This document shows positions 25,868-38,714 of a stretch of 64,000 bases of DNA, piece by piece. The stretch's first letter is position 1. Each line of letters begins with the position of its first letter. Made by a program: the position numbers and the translations under genes. The stretch comes from Pelomyxa schiedti (Eukaryota > Protista > Evosea). The stretch covers positions 7,785 to 71,784 of the forward strand of contig JAHLWZ010000855.1 of assembly GCA_020536535.1 (NCBI GenBank), read 5' to 3'. The notes beneath the pieces were generated by a model. That model ran no database searches and had not been told where the DNA came from. It saw only the letters and a list, made by a program, of their open reading frames with translations.

Positions 25868-28157
25868 TTATCTTCCAAAGAGCTTCACGGACTGAAGTAC
25901 TACAAGAACTTCAGAAAACGTGGGCTGGCCTTCCCTTTGACAGCACCGGTAGACAGTTTCTTGAAGAGCAGGGGGCCACTGTGTAGGGAGCTTGAAGTAC
26001 TTCCTGTTTTGTGTCACATTTTGAAGCAATTTGAGAGTGTACGAACCGAATATTCTGTTTCCAGTGGGTATCTGGGACTCCCGGGAAGTCCTTTGCAACT
26101 TTAAAAAACACTCGCGTGCCAGTCATTATCTCCAGCGCCATTATTCCCCAAGAATATACATCCCCTTTGATCGTTGACTGCAGCTCTTGCCAAGACTCTG
26201 GGGGAGTATACCTATGTGCACATGTTAACGAAATGTTACTTCATGCTGTGAAACACACGCTTGGGTGCCATAGCCATTGTTCACAGCAGCTGCGTCTTCC
26301 AGGTCACTTGTATGCATTGCGATGCCGAAGTCGGAAAGCTTTAGATCGAAATTTGCTTTATTCATGACGAGAATATCTAAATAGAGATGAATTTCTTGCT
26401 TTTTTTTTAGGAAGGAATTACTCTCTGGCTTCAAGTCTCTGTGCACAATATCTCGACTGTGAACAGTTTTCATCACGAGACACGTCTGTAATTTAAGGTA
26501 AATTTATGTCTTTTAGGTTTTGTATCGTACCTTGATAAGGAGAGCCAGTGCCAATTTCATATTTATTGGTTTGTAGAATGGTTGAAATATTATCTTATCT
26601 AGTGAGCCTCCTGCACACCACTCGGTCACCATCCCTGTGGTTTTTTTGTTAATGGTTTTTCAATATCCAAGTTCGCCATACATATTCCACCACGTTTGCA
26701 TGGGTTGCAACTTAGTCCCACAAAGTGAAGAACTGAGGGTTCGTTTGCAAGTTCGTTTAGTGTAAGCATTTCTTGCAAGAAAAGAAGCTTTGCAAAAGCA
26801 GAAGCGGTTCTATCTTCACGAAGCCTAAATTGTGTAACTAGAGAGGAAATGAAATAATGCTTTACCGTTTCAAAGCCACTGGTTTAGAGTTGTGTACAGC
26901 CAACCAAACTTCACCAAAACTCCCTGTCCCAAGCTAGAATATACCATTAGCACAAGAGCCAAAAAAAAAAATACATACAAGTTGCATTGATTTTATAGAT
27001 GCACAATCTAGTACAGTTCCACTGTTCATTAAGCGTTTTGCTGAGTGTATCAATTTATCTACTGTGGGGGCTTGCGACTTTACAGTATCCAAAGTGTAGA
27101 ACAAGTCTCGCACTTGTCCAGGAGATACTTTGGAGAATAAAAATCCGTGCCAGTCGTGGGTGATGACCAGCAGTTGTTGGGAAACCCTATGAGATGTTGA
27201 TCCAAGTTGGAAATGAAAATGGCTCTGAACACACATGTGCAACGTGGCATGCTGCGTAATGGGAACCAGTTGCGTGAAGGTTTTTCCGTCAATGTCACTG
27301 TGATTGATGGTAATGCCTGTGTTTGCTGCTAAGTGATATACAAAATGTTGCATGGAACTTACCAAGGTCAGAGACAGAAATGAGTGCGAAATAGGTACTC
27401 ATTGCAGAGAATTCGTCCTGTGCTACAACACCACACTGAACTTGGCACATTTGAGTAGGAAGAACTGTCAGGCTTGGGAACAGGTTGTCCAAGAGTGATG
27501 CCTCTTCAGTAGAATTCATCACTAGGAGACAACATGTCAGCTTTTTCAAAAAAAACAGTTCGGTGAAGTGTACTTGAAAAAATTTCTTCCCTGGCTCTTA
27601 CAGCCTTAGGTTTTAGACTGCTCACTGCCAGTTCTTAGCAAGAAGAGAAGCGAGTAAAGAAAAGAACCTGCAGATTTCACATCATTCCACGAATCAGATC
27701 TCACAGTCACGCCGGCGCCAACCAACGCGTTCACGACCTTAGGGTTTCCAATTCGTAAGGCGGCATCGATCAGTCCCTCGTTTTCTCGGCTGTTACAATG
27801 TCCCACAATTGCACTGGCGATGGACGAGTGCTCCGCGGCGATGGCAGCGCCAAGAGACCGAGCGAGGACGTCGTTGTCGATGGTGGTACTAGCCTTGAGG
27901 ATATCTAACATGGAGGCCATATCTCCTTGGCAGCAGGCAGTGACCAAATCACTGCCTGCTCCCGCTGCACCAGATGCAGTTATGGGTTCGCTTTCACTCT
28001 CGTGGTGATGGCGGTGCCGGTGATGGTGCTTGTGATGATGTCGTCGGCGGTGCTCGTCATGGCTGGGCTCATGGTGGGACTTGGTTGTTCTTGTACCATA
28101 AGTGCCGGGTGCTGGGGAAGGGGACTGCATGCTATCAGCTTCGTGTGGTTTTGTCAT
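25868..28157 (-). CDS. Ankyrin-like repeat protein kinase (TKL-like)
   Basis: LGTGSFGEVW, VALKR, IVHRDLKPE, LKLSDFGIA, GTQA|YTPPE, KGDVYSWGIMALEI; N-terminal His-rich tract and ankyrin-like helices. Confidence 0.88.
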
Positions 28158-28406
28158 TTGGTGCTTGGTTGGTTGATTGATTACTCCTTTGGCTGCTTCA
28201 AAGACCTGTTTTTTCGTTTGTTCTTCGTGCCTTTTTTTTATTGAACAGCAGTTCTTCTGAGACGGTAATTTTCCGATTCCCAGCCAACTTTCTACCGATT
28301 TGCCCGCTGTTTGGTGCCAGTTTTCGTCCAGCTTTCCCTATCCAGGTTTGAACAGTGCATGAGTTGATTACAGCAGTTGCCGTAAATGTTGTTACATGCT
28401 TGATAA

Positions 28407-29900
28407 TTGATACTTGGGTTTGGATTAAATAATCAAGAGACCAGAACGTGTCATCTGCCGGTTTCCACTACAGTGCCGTCTGCCCTCCCTTTTGGCCCTG
28501 GATGCAATAAAGATCTTTCACTCACCCTTCATTGTGATATCTCACCGGTAGCTCCACCACAAGTGACTGTTAGTTGTTCCCTCTTACATCATACCTTCAT
28601 GCATGAATTGAGAAATGCTTCTCATGCTCTTGTTTCAACTCACTCAGCTTTTATGCATTTTGGGAACCCTCCCGAACGGTGTCCCAAGTTGGTGGCAAAG
28701 AAACAAGGAACCGTGATTATTGACTAATCAGTGTGTTGTTGCGGTAAATGAAGGTGCCCGGGTGGGGAAGCGGATCATTATGGGAGGTGATGAGTCAGAG
28801 TGGGATGCGTGTGTGCATATCAGATGGGAATCACCAGGAAAGCAAACCCGGTTGACGTTTGTTGGAATATAATCTCCGGATCTCAGGCAAATAGAGGTAA
28901 AGGCAAATCTCTGTGGTTGTATGTGAGTTTTAACAGACAGCAATCAAGTGCATTGTGGTTTTTGTACTGATTTACAATGTAACAATATTTAGAAACAAAA
29001 AGCATGTAACCTTTGGGAAATTTATATTTGCGTATCTACGTCAATCACGTTAAGTTTATTGGAAATGCTGCTTATGGAAAACAAATCATCAACTTAGAGA
29101 GGTGGTGTTTGTGAGAGATAGCTGAGACAATACAGGTAGAAGGCTACGTCTATCCGCACTCAAACTCAGTACTGACACCGTGAGCTGTGCGTCACCGTCG
29201 TCACCACCAGGTACACCAGCACAGATTCCACCAACACAGGTTGTTGTTCCTGCTTCTGCGGCAGGTTCGGCTACAAAAACCAACAACAGCTTGCTGCCTT
29301 CACCACCACAGTCACCGGTTGGGTTGGTTCATCCAGGAACGAGCACAACGCCGTCGCTTGTTCCTACAGCGATCACCACACCCAGTGTCGGTGCACGTTC
29401 TACTACTGGCAGCCTATTTACAACACCACCAACCTTTCCCAAGCCGATGTCGGCACTTACGGCAGATCTCAAAATTGGTGGTTTCCGAAAGCCTTTGACC
29501 CCTGCAAGAACAAGCGTGACTGCAGCTACGCAACCGCAGCAACAAATACCTTCCTCAAGCACTCCTTTGGTGGCATCAACAACACCAACCCCAGCCCCAA
29601 AATCGCAAACACCAATCTCGGTGGTTGGCAACCAAGTCCCGTATTTCCGCCAAACAACTCCTCCCAATACCACCACAATTCCCAAGATCCCAACAACGCC
29701 GATAAGTCGATGGCCTGCTGGACCAAGGCATGCTCTGTGGCGGCAGAAGCCTTCCCCGAGGATAACACCACGGCCAACAATTTACCCGGTAAACACCTCA
29801 TCTCCCCTTCACTTCTTGTTACACTAACATGAATATTCAGACTGACAAATCGACTCCTGAGCGTCCTGCCGATGCCGATGCCGATGCCGGTGCTCGCTCC
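28407..29900 (+). CDS. Hypothetical multi-exon protein with Pro/Thr/Ser-rich region (boundaries uncertain)
   Basis: Coding-like ORFs 28407-28727 and 29180-29827 and an exon CVVAVNEGARVGKRIIMGGDESEWDACVHIRWESPGKQTR bounded by AG/GT; full model not resolved. Confidence 0.4.
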
Positions 29901-31374
29901 GACAACTGAAATTCTCAGTGTTCTTGTCCCGGGGCTATTGTGAGTGGGAGACTTGCATTGTTGTACTCTACCTGTAGAGCACTTATGGAGCCACATTCAC
30001 TCGCGCTGGGCTGTCTTGGCTGGTCACTCTCCGCCCCAAGCCCACTGGGGTGGTCGGCCAGTGGGAACCCAGGGTTGCGGGATTGGAGCCGAAGGTCCAC
30101 TCGGTTCCCTTCCTGCACCCTGGTGCTTCCCGGTTGCCGACTCGTCTGGGTGGGCATTGGGCCCCAAGATGGGCCGGGCACCACTACACCATCGTAGTTC
30201 TTACATTTGCTTTCTGTATGTTGAGATATTCTGTGCGGAGTGAGGGCAACTAGCTTACAGGTGGAGGACAAGTGAGGAGTATGGTCTTGTGGCAAGGTCT
30301 TTTGATGCTGGTTCTTTGACTTATGGAGAGTAGAAGTGTCTAGAAGAGCAAGTTGTTGCAAACTACTGGAGAGATATTTAAGAGTGGAAGGAAATGGTAA
30401 GGGAACGCACATTGGGCAAGAGTTTTGATGTAATTAGTAGTTTGAAGCTGTATCTCTTGCAAAAGTTCTAGGAGAGAACTCCCCTGTCATATGATATGGG
30501 TTGGAATTTGCAGTTGCTTTGTATAAAGGGGTGCACCTTTTCGTAAGTACGGAGGCAGTTTTTGAACTGTCAAGTTGTTCATTGTACACCCGAATAAACC
30601 ACAGATGCTTCTTGGTGTATTGCTTTGCACGAGACTCTGTGGACTTCCAAAGGATTTTGGATTCGTACGCTTTACGGAGGTTAGAATAAAAAACCTCACC
30701 ACATAATCATGCCGCCGCAACTTTCAATACCAACACTTTATCTTACGACTGTGGGCCTTGGTATAACAATAAAAGTATTGAGGGAGTCAGAATAACCTTC
30801 AAATCAAAATAAGAAGGAAAATTAATGGCATAGGTAATTTCCTGTGCATTATGTTTTTATTGTGAAGTTCGAGGAGACCACTTGCTATATCGGTATGGTT
30901 TATTGATAAAGACCTAGTAAATTCGACTGTCGCACCAAGTTGTTCCACGAAAATCTAGCCTCGTTCTCACATACCGACCTCTTTTCTTTATGTAGGTTTC
31001 TATCTCATCATTGTTGCAGCACTCAAGAACAAGATATAAAGTGTTGCACTCAGGTGACTAATCATACAGTGAGTAGTAGATGCTAAGTGGCGGCATGTCT
31101 GTATGGCGGCATAAATATGGTTTCGTGCTAGTGTAACAACGTCTCTGTGATGCACAGACATGACGACTTGAACTTCTACAGTCCACAACTTGTGTTACAG
31201 AAGGTGAACTGAGCAGTATGTGCAATTTATGTGAGCAAATGTGGTGCCAGGGCACTACTGTCAAAACCTGTCACTTTTTTCCCACTTCGTGGCGGCAAGC
31301 CAATTTATGTATTGCCACTCCAACAGCAACCTCGGTTCTCAGAAAGAAGGAAAAACAAAAGAAAATTTGTTTGT

Positions 31375-32861
31375 TCAGGGCTTTTGGCGGAAATACATAT
31401 TGAGGCCTACTTGCACAACAATGAGTGCCACGAGGCACAATAACGCAATGGGTACAAGCTGCGTGACACGACCGGAACGCGGGATGTTTCTGGTGGGTGT
31501 TGGAGTTGTTGTGTTTGCAATTGCGGGCAGTGATGAAGCTGCTGGAGCTTGGTGTGCTTCAAGGTGAGAGGGAACTGTTGAGCAAAGGTTAGTTGGTGAA
31601 TTTGTACAGAAGGAGAGAGTACCGGACAGCTGAGTAGTGGAAGGTAGTAAGGAAACAGTGGCCGGGAGAGTTTTGAGGGGATTGTCTGAAACTGAATTTT
31701 GTTTTGTTGTTTATTGCTTGGTTAATTAAGTGTGGACTGAAGTGCAGCAATACTGTTTAATCTAGTAAGAGTAGTTAGCTTAAAAATCGATTCTGGCACA
31801 GTCGTTAACTGGTTCCCACTCACTGATATAAATTAATAGCGTGGTTGAGATGAGGAAATTTGTACGCCAAAGTTTTTGGAGCTTGGGAAGTTTTCCAAGC
31901 TCTTCCGTGACATGGTTGAGCTTGTTTTTTTTGACTTGGCAAAATTAAACACTCAGACCTAAAAAGGATTACACACCACCAAGTTCTTTAAGACTTGTTA
32001 GACAACCAAAGCCACCCGGTAATGTTGTTAGTTGGTTTGCAGACACTATTTCGTATTGAAAAGAGGAAGTTTGTTTGTTATTATACATACTGAACAGGAG
32101 CTCCAAGTTTGTCAACTTGTAAAAGGAGGTTGGGAGTGCTTTTAAACAGTTGTGGCCAACTGAAAATTGATCAAAGGGATAGGGAAAAATAGGAGGATCA
32201 CAAACGATACAAGGCTTTTAAAGCAGTAAGATTTCCGAAGTTGGCTGGAAGAGACACAATCTTGTTGCGGTGCACTGCAGGACCATTAGGTTACTTACTG
32301 GAAAACGGGAAATGCCACCAGTTAGAACAGAAAGTTGGGTCAGAGAACAGAGGGCGTCTGGAAGACAACTCAAATCATTGAGAAGAACTAAGAACTGGGT
32401 CAAGAATTGAGTGCAATTGATTCACTCTCACGTTGTAAGTGAGTCAAATTTGTAAGTCTGCCAATACCCTCAGGGATAGAGGTCAACTTGTTTCTCCCCA
32501 CTTTTTTGTGTGTTTGTCAGATTAGGAGAAGTTGTTGTGTTGAGAGTGTATCCCCGACATTGCAAATTTGTCAATTTCTCAAGGTTCCACACATCTTTTG
32601 GAACTTCGTGCAAGTCATTTTTGCTCACTGAACGAGGATGAGTCGTCAATTGAACGATACAAAGCACGCGAAAAGGCGAAGCGAAAACCGTGACACACAG
32701 CTAAGAGCTGTTATTGATCGAGAACGTAGTGCCGCGGCACCCCCAGCGCTCAATAACTTCCCGTCACTAAGATCCACCAACATATCCGGGTACCACTTCG
32801 GCTTGGGGGAAAAAAAAGTGTGATCAGATAGAACAAGTGGTTGTACTTTTTCGTGAAGCAT
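31375..32861 (-). CDS. Tail-anchored leucine-rich repeat protein; nine 69-nt one-repeat exons
   Basis: Exons 32559-32627, 32432-32500, 32319-32387, 32206-32274, 32091-32159, 31977-32045, 31866-31934, 31754-31822, 31623-31691, each 69 nt, encode N.L..LP....L..L..L.L repeats. Last exon 31375-31574 ends LVPIALLCLVALIVVQVGLNMYFRQKP*. Start at 32783 or 32861. Confidence 0.92.
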
Positions 32862-32894
32862 CAGAAGTTTGGTTTGATTTGACAAAAACAAAGA

Positions 32895-34153
32895 ATGTCG
32901 AACAGTGGGGAAGCCGCGCCGTTGTTGGCCAACGAGGAGCCACCCACAAGTGCGTCCTCGGGGATAGGCGGATCGTACGACATCAATTACAGCGGCGGCG
33001 CGACTCCCCTGACTCGCCGCAAGTCGTCGGCCCGAGACGCAACTGCAACCGCGACCAGCACCGCGGCGGCCCCCGACGTGTACGACGGCGACGACTCGAC
33101 CCGCGCCGCGTCCGCCTCGGCAGCAGCGACGTCGTACTCGAGCGGCGGCGCCGAGGACGACGTCGTGGCGGGGGGCTACAGCAGCGGCTCCCCGCGGGTA
33201 TCGGGCCGCGACGCCTACGGCGAGGAGGAGGAGGCCGGCGGGAGAGGGGCCCCGCCGTCGTCGTCGGCTGCGGCGTCCCTCGCGTACGCGGCGACGTCGA
33301 GCGGGAGGCTCAGGATGGTCGGCGAGATGGTGTTCACGTCGCTGGTGTTCGCCGTCTGCGGCGCGATTCTGATCGCTTGCTGCGCCTATTCTTTCGCGCA
33401 GAGCACCATTTGGTACTGGTACAAATTGGACACAGGAGAGGGTTTGTTTGATTTCAACTACCTCGATTTTTGGCTTTTTTGTGTTGTTGTTGCTGTTGCT
33501 GGTGTCATTTTCGGGGATGTTTGTTTCTTTTTTTTTTTTTTTTCTTTTTGTTGTGTTGGGTACTGTGGAATTCACACCATAAAAGCCAATGTATATGAGA
33601 CATATGACAGCGTCCAGCAGTGGCAACCTTTGGCTGATTTGTATTTCCAAACCAGGTGCCTTATGGCTTCTGGCGTTGCAATCGAAGTGTTTGTGTGCGT
33701 CGGAGTCATTTTAACCCAGTGCCTCAGAAGATTTAGATGGCTATAGTATGGTTCTCTCCTTCCATTATACTAATTCCCATATCCGTACTGCCAATTTCTT
33801 TATTCCCAACGTTATTCCTTAAAGTTTTGTGTGGATGTTCTGCAGTTTTGCTGGTGTTGCACTACTTATTGCTGCTGCTTATGTATTCCTTGCCTATCAC
33901 CCTTCAGCAATGACAGATGCTGGAATATGTGTTGCCAAAGCGTCTAGTGCTTGTACTTCGTTTTACGGGGATTTAATTGGATCCGGTGATACTGCCAACG
34001 AAGCAAGTTGGCATCCCAGTGTGTTGCCGCTATTTTCATGTTTGAGGGTTAACAGAATGCATAGAAACTGGTTGGATGATGACAACACTTGCTTGGCCTG
34101 TAGCTTTAATTGTTCTGATCGAAACGATATGGGCTCGGGCTTCCCCCCATTGA
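32895..34153 (+). CDS. Multi-pass (about 4 TM) membrane protein, claudin/amastin-like topology, with Ser/Ala/Gly-rich N-terminus
   Basis: Hydrophobic segments FTSLVFAVCGAILIACCAYSFAQSTIWY, SGVAIEVFVCVGVIL, FAGVALLIAAAYVFL, and W.P.TGWMMTTLAWPVALIVLI*. Confidence 0.7.
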
Positions 34154-34398
34154 AGCCCCCACGCTGATAGTATTGTGTAATAGTAAAATAAAATTCCTCT
34201 GTTCATTGAACACAAGTTTATTCACAAGCCAGAACAAGTTTTTCCCAAACACCGTTGGCGTGGGACAGTTGGCCGGCAAAGGTAAGACCAGATGGAATCA
34301 ATTTGGGGAAGGGGTATTATGTACAAAGAGCTGTTTCTTCCGCATGTGGGGTGGTGAGACAAGGCATACAACCAATGCAGCTGTTTCTTCATGAAAGC

Positions 34399-36026
34399 CT
34401 AGTGGGTATTAAGTTTGTAAAAGAGCGTTTCTGTAGGATTTACCTGGAGAGGTTCTATGTATTCCAGAGCGGTAGCTAACCCAGGTCTTTCATCGGGGCG
34501 CGGTATTGCCCCTTTGTCCAAGAGGAATTGAGCAACCAGTACCGACTCTTGCGGGCGGCATTTTCTGTGTGTATTGAGGCCAGGCATGGACCAGAACAAA
34601 GCTTGGGATAGTGCTGTTTTGCTTACTGGTTTTGTATGTTCATTCAAGTCGGCTCCGTTGCTTAATAGATAGAGGACTCTCTCAACGGAACCCAACATCA
34701 CAGCCGAAGCCAGGGGTGTAATGCACTCCGTTTTGGAAAATTTCCACAAGGCTGGTGTGCCCACGACATCAGGCCTTGCTTTAAGAAGAGCTTGAATAAG
34801 CTTTTCTGATTGAGTGATGCTTGAACAGCACAAATGCACAAGTGCTTGTGGTGCCCAATCAGAGTTCTTCTTGTCAGCTTTTGACCATTGAGCACCACAT
34901 TCAAGAAGTGCAATGGCAGAATCACCTTTTTCCAGAAGAATTGCAACAAGAAGGGGATGAAGAGAAGCTCGAGATGGAATCCAATCAACACCCCAACAAG
35001 GGTGTGATTCAGGAGTATTTACAGATACTCCTGCTTTAGAGAGTGCCACTATGACGTCGGGATTATTTACTACAACAGCTTCCATTAAGAGTCTAGTATT
35101 GGGAGCGACAACTTTGAAAGAGAGTAAAGTGAGTAGTGCTGCGGATCCTGTTGTATGGACAGCAAGGCGCAATTCCTCCTCTGATATTTTCGCACCAGCT
35201 TTGTACAAAGTGCGCAAGCAGTCAACATTTTTGTAGCTGTGATGAATTGCCTTTCTCCCTAATCTATCAGAGTATGCATTTGGAGAGACTCCACTTTGTA
35301 AGAGAATCTAAAGTGATTCTTTGTTTGTGACGTTTGCTTCTGCTATCTTTGTATACCTTGACGCATTTTTTATTGCCCTTGGTTAGAGCTTCAAATAAGG
35401 CATCTTGTAGCATTTGTTTTTGGCCCCGACAATATCCAACAAGCAAATGGAAAATGGTGTCCCGTACCTGATTTTATGGTAGCTGAAAGGGGAGGAAATG
35501 ATAGAAGTTCACCTCAGTTTGGGGCTGCTTAATGCAGTCCTCCAAGAAGGTAGTTGAGTACCCCCTTCTCACAGTTGCACCTGCAGCTATCAAAGTCTCT
35601 ACCATCTTCACAGATTTCGTGCGCACTGCAATTGTCCAAGCTATGTCAGGACACAAATCACCCTTCAGTCTTCACAGTAAATTCAAGGAAATGATAAAGA
35701 TGACAATACCTGGAGCAAAGCCATAGAACGAACTGCTCATTTTCCAAAACAGTCGTTTCGTCGTCCGAGAGCCAATAGGTGTTTCTCCAGTTGGCTGCCT
35801 CACACAGCAACTGCTCGAAGTTGAAATGAGCAAAATCCCTCATAGACGCCAACATCTCGTTTGCACGTTCTTCTCCCTCCTCATTAAACGCCTTTATCAA
35901 CTTCTACGCACCCACAGTAAGTTCAAGCAAAGATATTGCTTTAGGGGATTAAATCATAAGAAATACAGGAATGGCATCCGGACTTTGATCAGCAGTGAAG
36001 TGGATTATTTCGCTCGTGTTGCCCAT
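34399..36026 (-). CDS. Ankyrin repeat protein with possible N-myristoylation start (MGNTSE)
   Basis: LHPLLVAILLEKGDSAIALLECGA, TPLASAVMLGSVERVLYLLSNGADLN, MVETLIAAGA; upstream exons bounded by GT-AG. Confidence 0.8.
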
Positions 36027-36127
36027 GTTGCAAAGGTTAGTTTGTTTTTTGTTTTGTTGAATTCACTCAAAAATTTTCGTAGGTTTTTTCCGGGAAATGA
36101 CTGTTTGATGACAAAAACTCAAACGAA

Positions 36128-37399
36128 ATGGTGAAGGTGGCGGGTGGGTTTGTGTCCAACTCCTCTTCGACTTCGTACTTCCTGATGTGGACTGACACCC
36201 CACAGTCCGATGTGCTAGAGAAAACCAAGCATTGTGTGGCCACGGCCGACGTGGCGGAAGAAATGGACGGGTTTCCTGCTGAATCCCGTGCGGTAAGTGC
36301 CGTGTGCTGGCTCATTGAATCGCGTCGGTGCCCGGTTTCGCTCGTGTTTGTCTGAATGAATCCCCACACTTTTGAGATAGGGATACGTTCCGTGCCGGGT
36401 GCATACACCGCAAAAGGGGAACAGGCGCATGCACCGCAGAGAAGATTCTCAGCCCGCAAGACCGGCTCTTGAATATGTTGTTTGTCACGAATGCATGATC
36501 AAGTGTGATGCCTGGATTGAAAGTGTGATGCCCTGGGTCAGGACCAGACGCGCCAAAGCTCTTTCAAACTCTGCTTTACCAGTGCTGTGCACCAATCTCA
36601 GTTATGGCCACTCACTCATGTACAGCAACAAGCTACCCCACACGTACCAGTTGAAGCTACTCCAACTCTACCAGTTCTTGGAAAAGAGTTGCTTAGCCTT
36701 ATATTTAAGTACGTAATAACCATTTGGGAGCGGCGGCACTCGCAGGCCTATTACGATTGCGTCAATTCCACTTCATTCGACATTCAGATACTGAGACTGA
36801 AACAAGGGCTACCCGAAGTGGAGCTTAAACCAGAACACTTTCTGCCGATAGAATCACGGTTCCCAAGAAGCAATGAAGAAGTTCTAGCTGCTACCAAAGT
36901 GCTGTTCTCTCTATCAACCGTCTGCAAAAGGTAACCTCATACGGGATGCACATCACAATCTAACAGTATCCCCAGTTGGAGGGAGGCTTCGTTGGAGGAC
37001 TCAATCTGGAGGGACATGTTGAAGGAGTCTTTTGTGCAGGACTACCTCCCAGGAAGGTTTGTCTTCCTTCTACTGATACCTTAAAACCTAACAGCAACCA
37101 TTCAAAGGAGTATCTACGAACCCGTGAATGGAGTTGATCGCGTGTCAACATGCCGAGAGCTTGGCATTAGGTTCTGCAGACGAATGGTGGCTCAGCAGGC
37201 CATTCCACTGCAGAAATGGGCACCCAAATACTTCCAAATGGCTCGGCCGCTGTCTTCTACCTGCAAGGACACTGTTCTCAACTTTGTGAAGGGATGCAAA
37301 ACAGGTACACTCATTACAGAGGGACAGTGTGTAATTGGTGGCCGGAATACCTCCCTCGAATATTGGCGCACTCACGCGACTATGCTTGGCCGTTCTTGA
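36128..37399 (+). CDS. F-box-like protein with an N-terminal GFVSNSSSTS motif
   Basis: LPVLGKELLSLIFKYV and VLFSLSTVCK|SWREASLEDSIWR are the two halves of an F-box; exons joined by GT-AG introns. Confidence 0.62.
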
Positions 37400-37731
37400 T
37401 CTCTTAAACTTGATCTCCAAGACTTCGTTTCTTTCTTCAGCTTGAAGAGATCAAAATTCATAAACCGAAGAAGTGAAGATTTTCTCCGCCGTAAGTGGAA
37501 CATTCTCGGAATGGTTGTTTACTGCCGGCCTCACGGATTCGGCTTAGTGGCACAGAAACTTTCTGTTTCTGTTGTTCCTCTTTTCTTCGGGCTGAAGCTT
37601 CGTTCTGAGATTTTTTCCTGTGGTGGAAGAAGGAAGTCCTTGTTATCCGAATGACTGTTTAAAAAGAACTCAGGTAAAAACCACCAACCGGGCATTTAAG
37701 TGTTGGTGAGGTCTGATATTTTCATTAGCCA

Positions 37732-38223
37732 ATGGAAAAAGCTGTGGCCGCACACGTTAACTCAGTCCTGAGTCCCATGCCCTTGTCGAATACCACCCTG
37801 TCATCATCTACTTTTACATCCCGAGTCATCCCCGCCATTGGCATTGAAGCACTTCTACAGAGACTTACGAAGTACTGGGGAGTACCCACAGAGGCCCTCG
37901 TCCTTGCCTGTGTACTACTCGACAGGGCCTGCGCACCGTCGCCGTCCATCCCATCATCGAGTGCTGGCTACGTCACGGCGCCGTCTTCCGGCCTCGTACT
38001 CACTACGAAGACGGTGCACAAGGCACTGCTCACGGCCGTGCTTGTCGCCACGAAGTACATCGAGGAAAGCTACTCGCGACAAAAAGGCTTCGCGCTGGCC
38101 TCTGGCCTGAGGCCTCAGCAAATGGTCACACTGGAGAAGGAATTCCTCAAGTCCATCTCTTTCTGCCTCTATGTAGATCAGACCACGTGGGACTCCTACG
38201 TGCTGCGACTCAACGCTCTCTGA
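37732..38223 (+). CDS. PHO80/cyclin-P(U)-type cyclin, intronless
   Basis: IGIEALLQRLTKY, EALVLACVLLDR, TVHKALLTAVLVATKYIEE, FALASGL, LEKEFLKSISFCLYV. Confidence 0.9.
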   Translation: MEKAVAAHVNSVLSPMPLSNTTLSSSTFTSRVIPAIGIEALLQRLTKYWGVPTEALVLACVLLDRACAPSPSIPSSSAGYVTAPSSGLVLTTKTVHKALLTAVLVATKYIEESYSRQKGFALASGLRPQQMVTLEKEFLKSISFCLYVDQTTWDSYVLRLNAL

Positions 38224-38714
38224 ATCTGTAAACTTTTTTTTTGTACATTTCTGTGAATCAACAGCAAAAAGAAAAAAAAAATACAAGGGTCGCAGCTGAC
38301 ACCTACGACACCTTAACATCCCATTCTCATGTGACGCCCCTGCAAAATAATTTCTCTCCTGAAATTTTGGAAGTTTGTTTTTCACTTCAGGCTGTTTGTT
38401 TGCTGCAGCCTCGTTCGTACATAGCATTCCCGTGGAACAATGACTTTCACTATCGAATGGAACAGGCCATTAATTTCTTTGTTTTTTGCAGTACAGTATG
38501 CCTTCGTACGAGATATCATTGCCTAACACGCAGTTCAGCTTCACGTGGTTCACTTAGTATCTGGTTGTCACACCGAGCAAACTCGCATAAGATTTCATAA
38601 AAGAAACAAAAAACCTCGCTACAACAACGTGTGTGCCAAAGTTTTTTTTGGTTTTTGCCCGACGCGGCGCTGAGATCTCGACAAGAAAAGAAAAAAACCT
38701 TCGTAAGGTGTTCG

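Noticed and set aside
31623-32627. Regular spacing of about 110-130 bp as a CRISPR-like array
   Set aside because: No identical DNA repeats; the periodicity is exon plus intron of an LRR gene.
32646-33650. 334-aa Arg-rich minus ORF
   Set aside because: Mostly antisense to the GC-rich first exon of the membrane protein; only its last part is the real first exon of the LRR gene.
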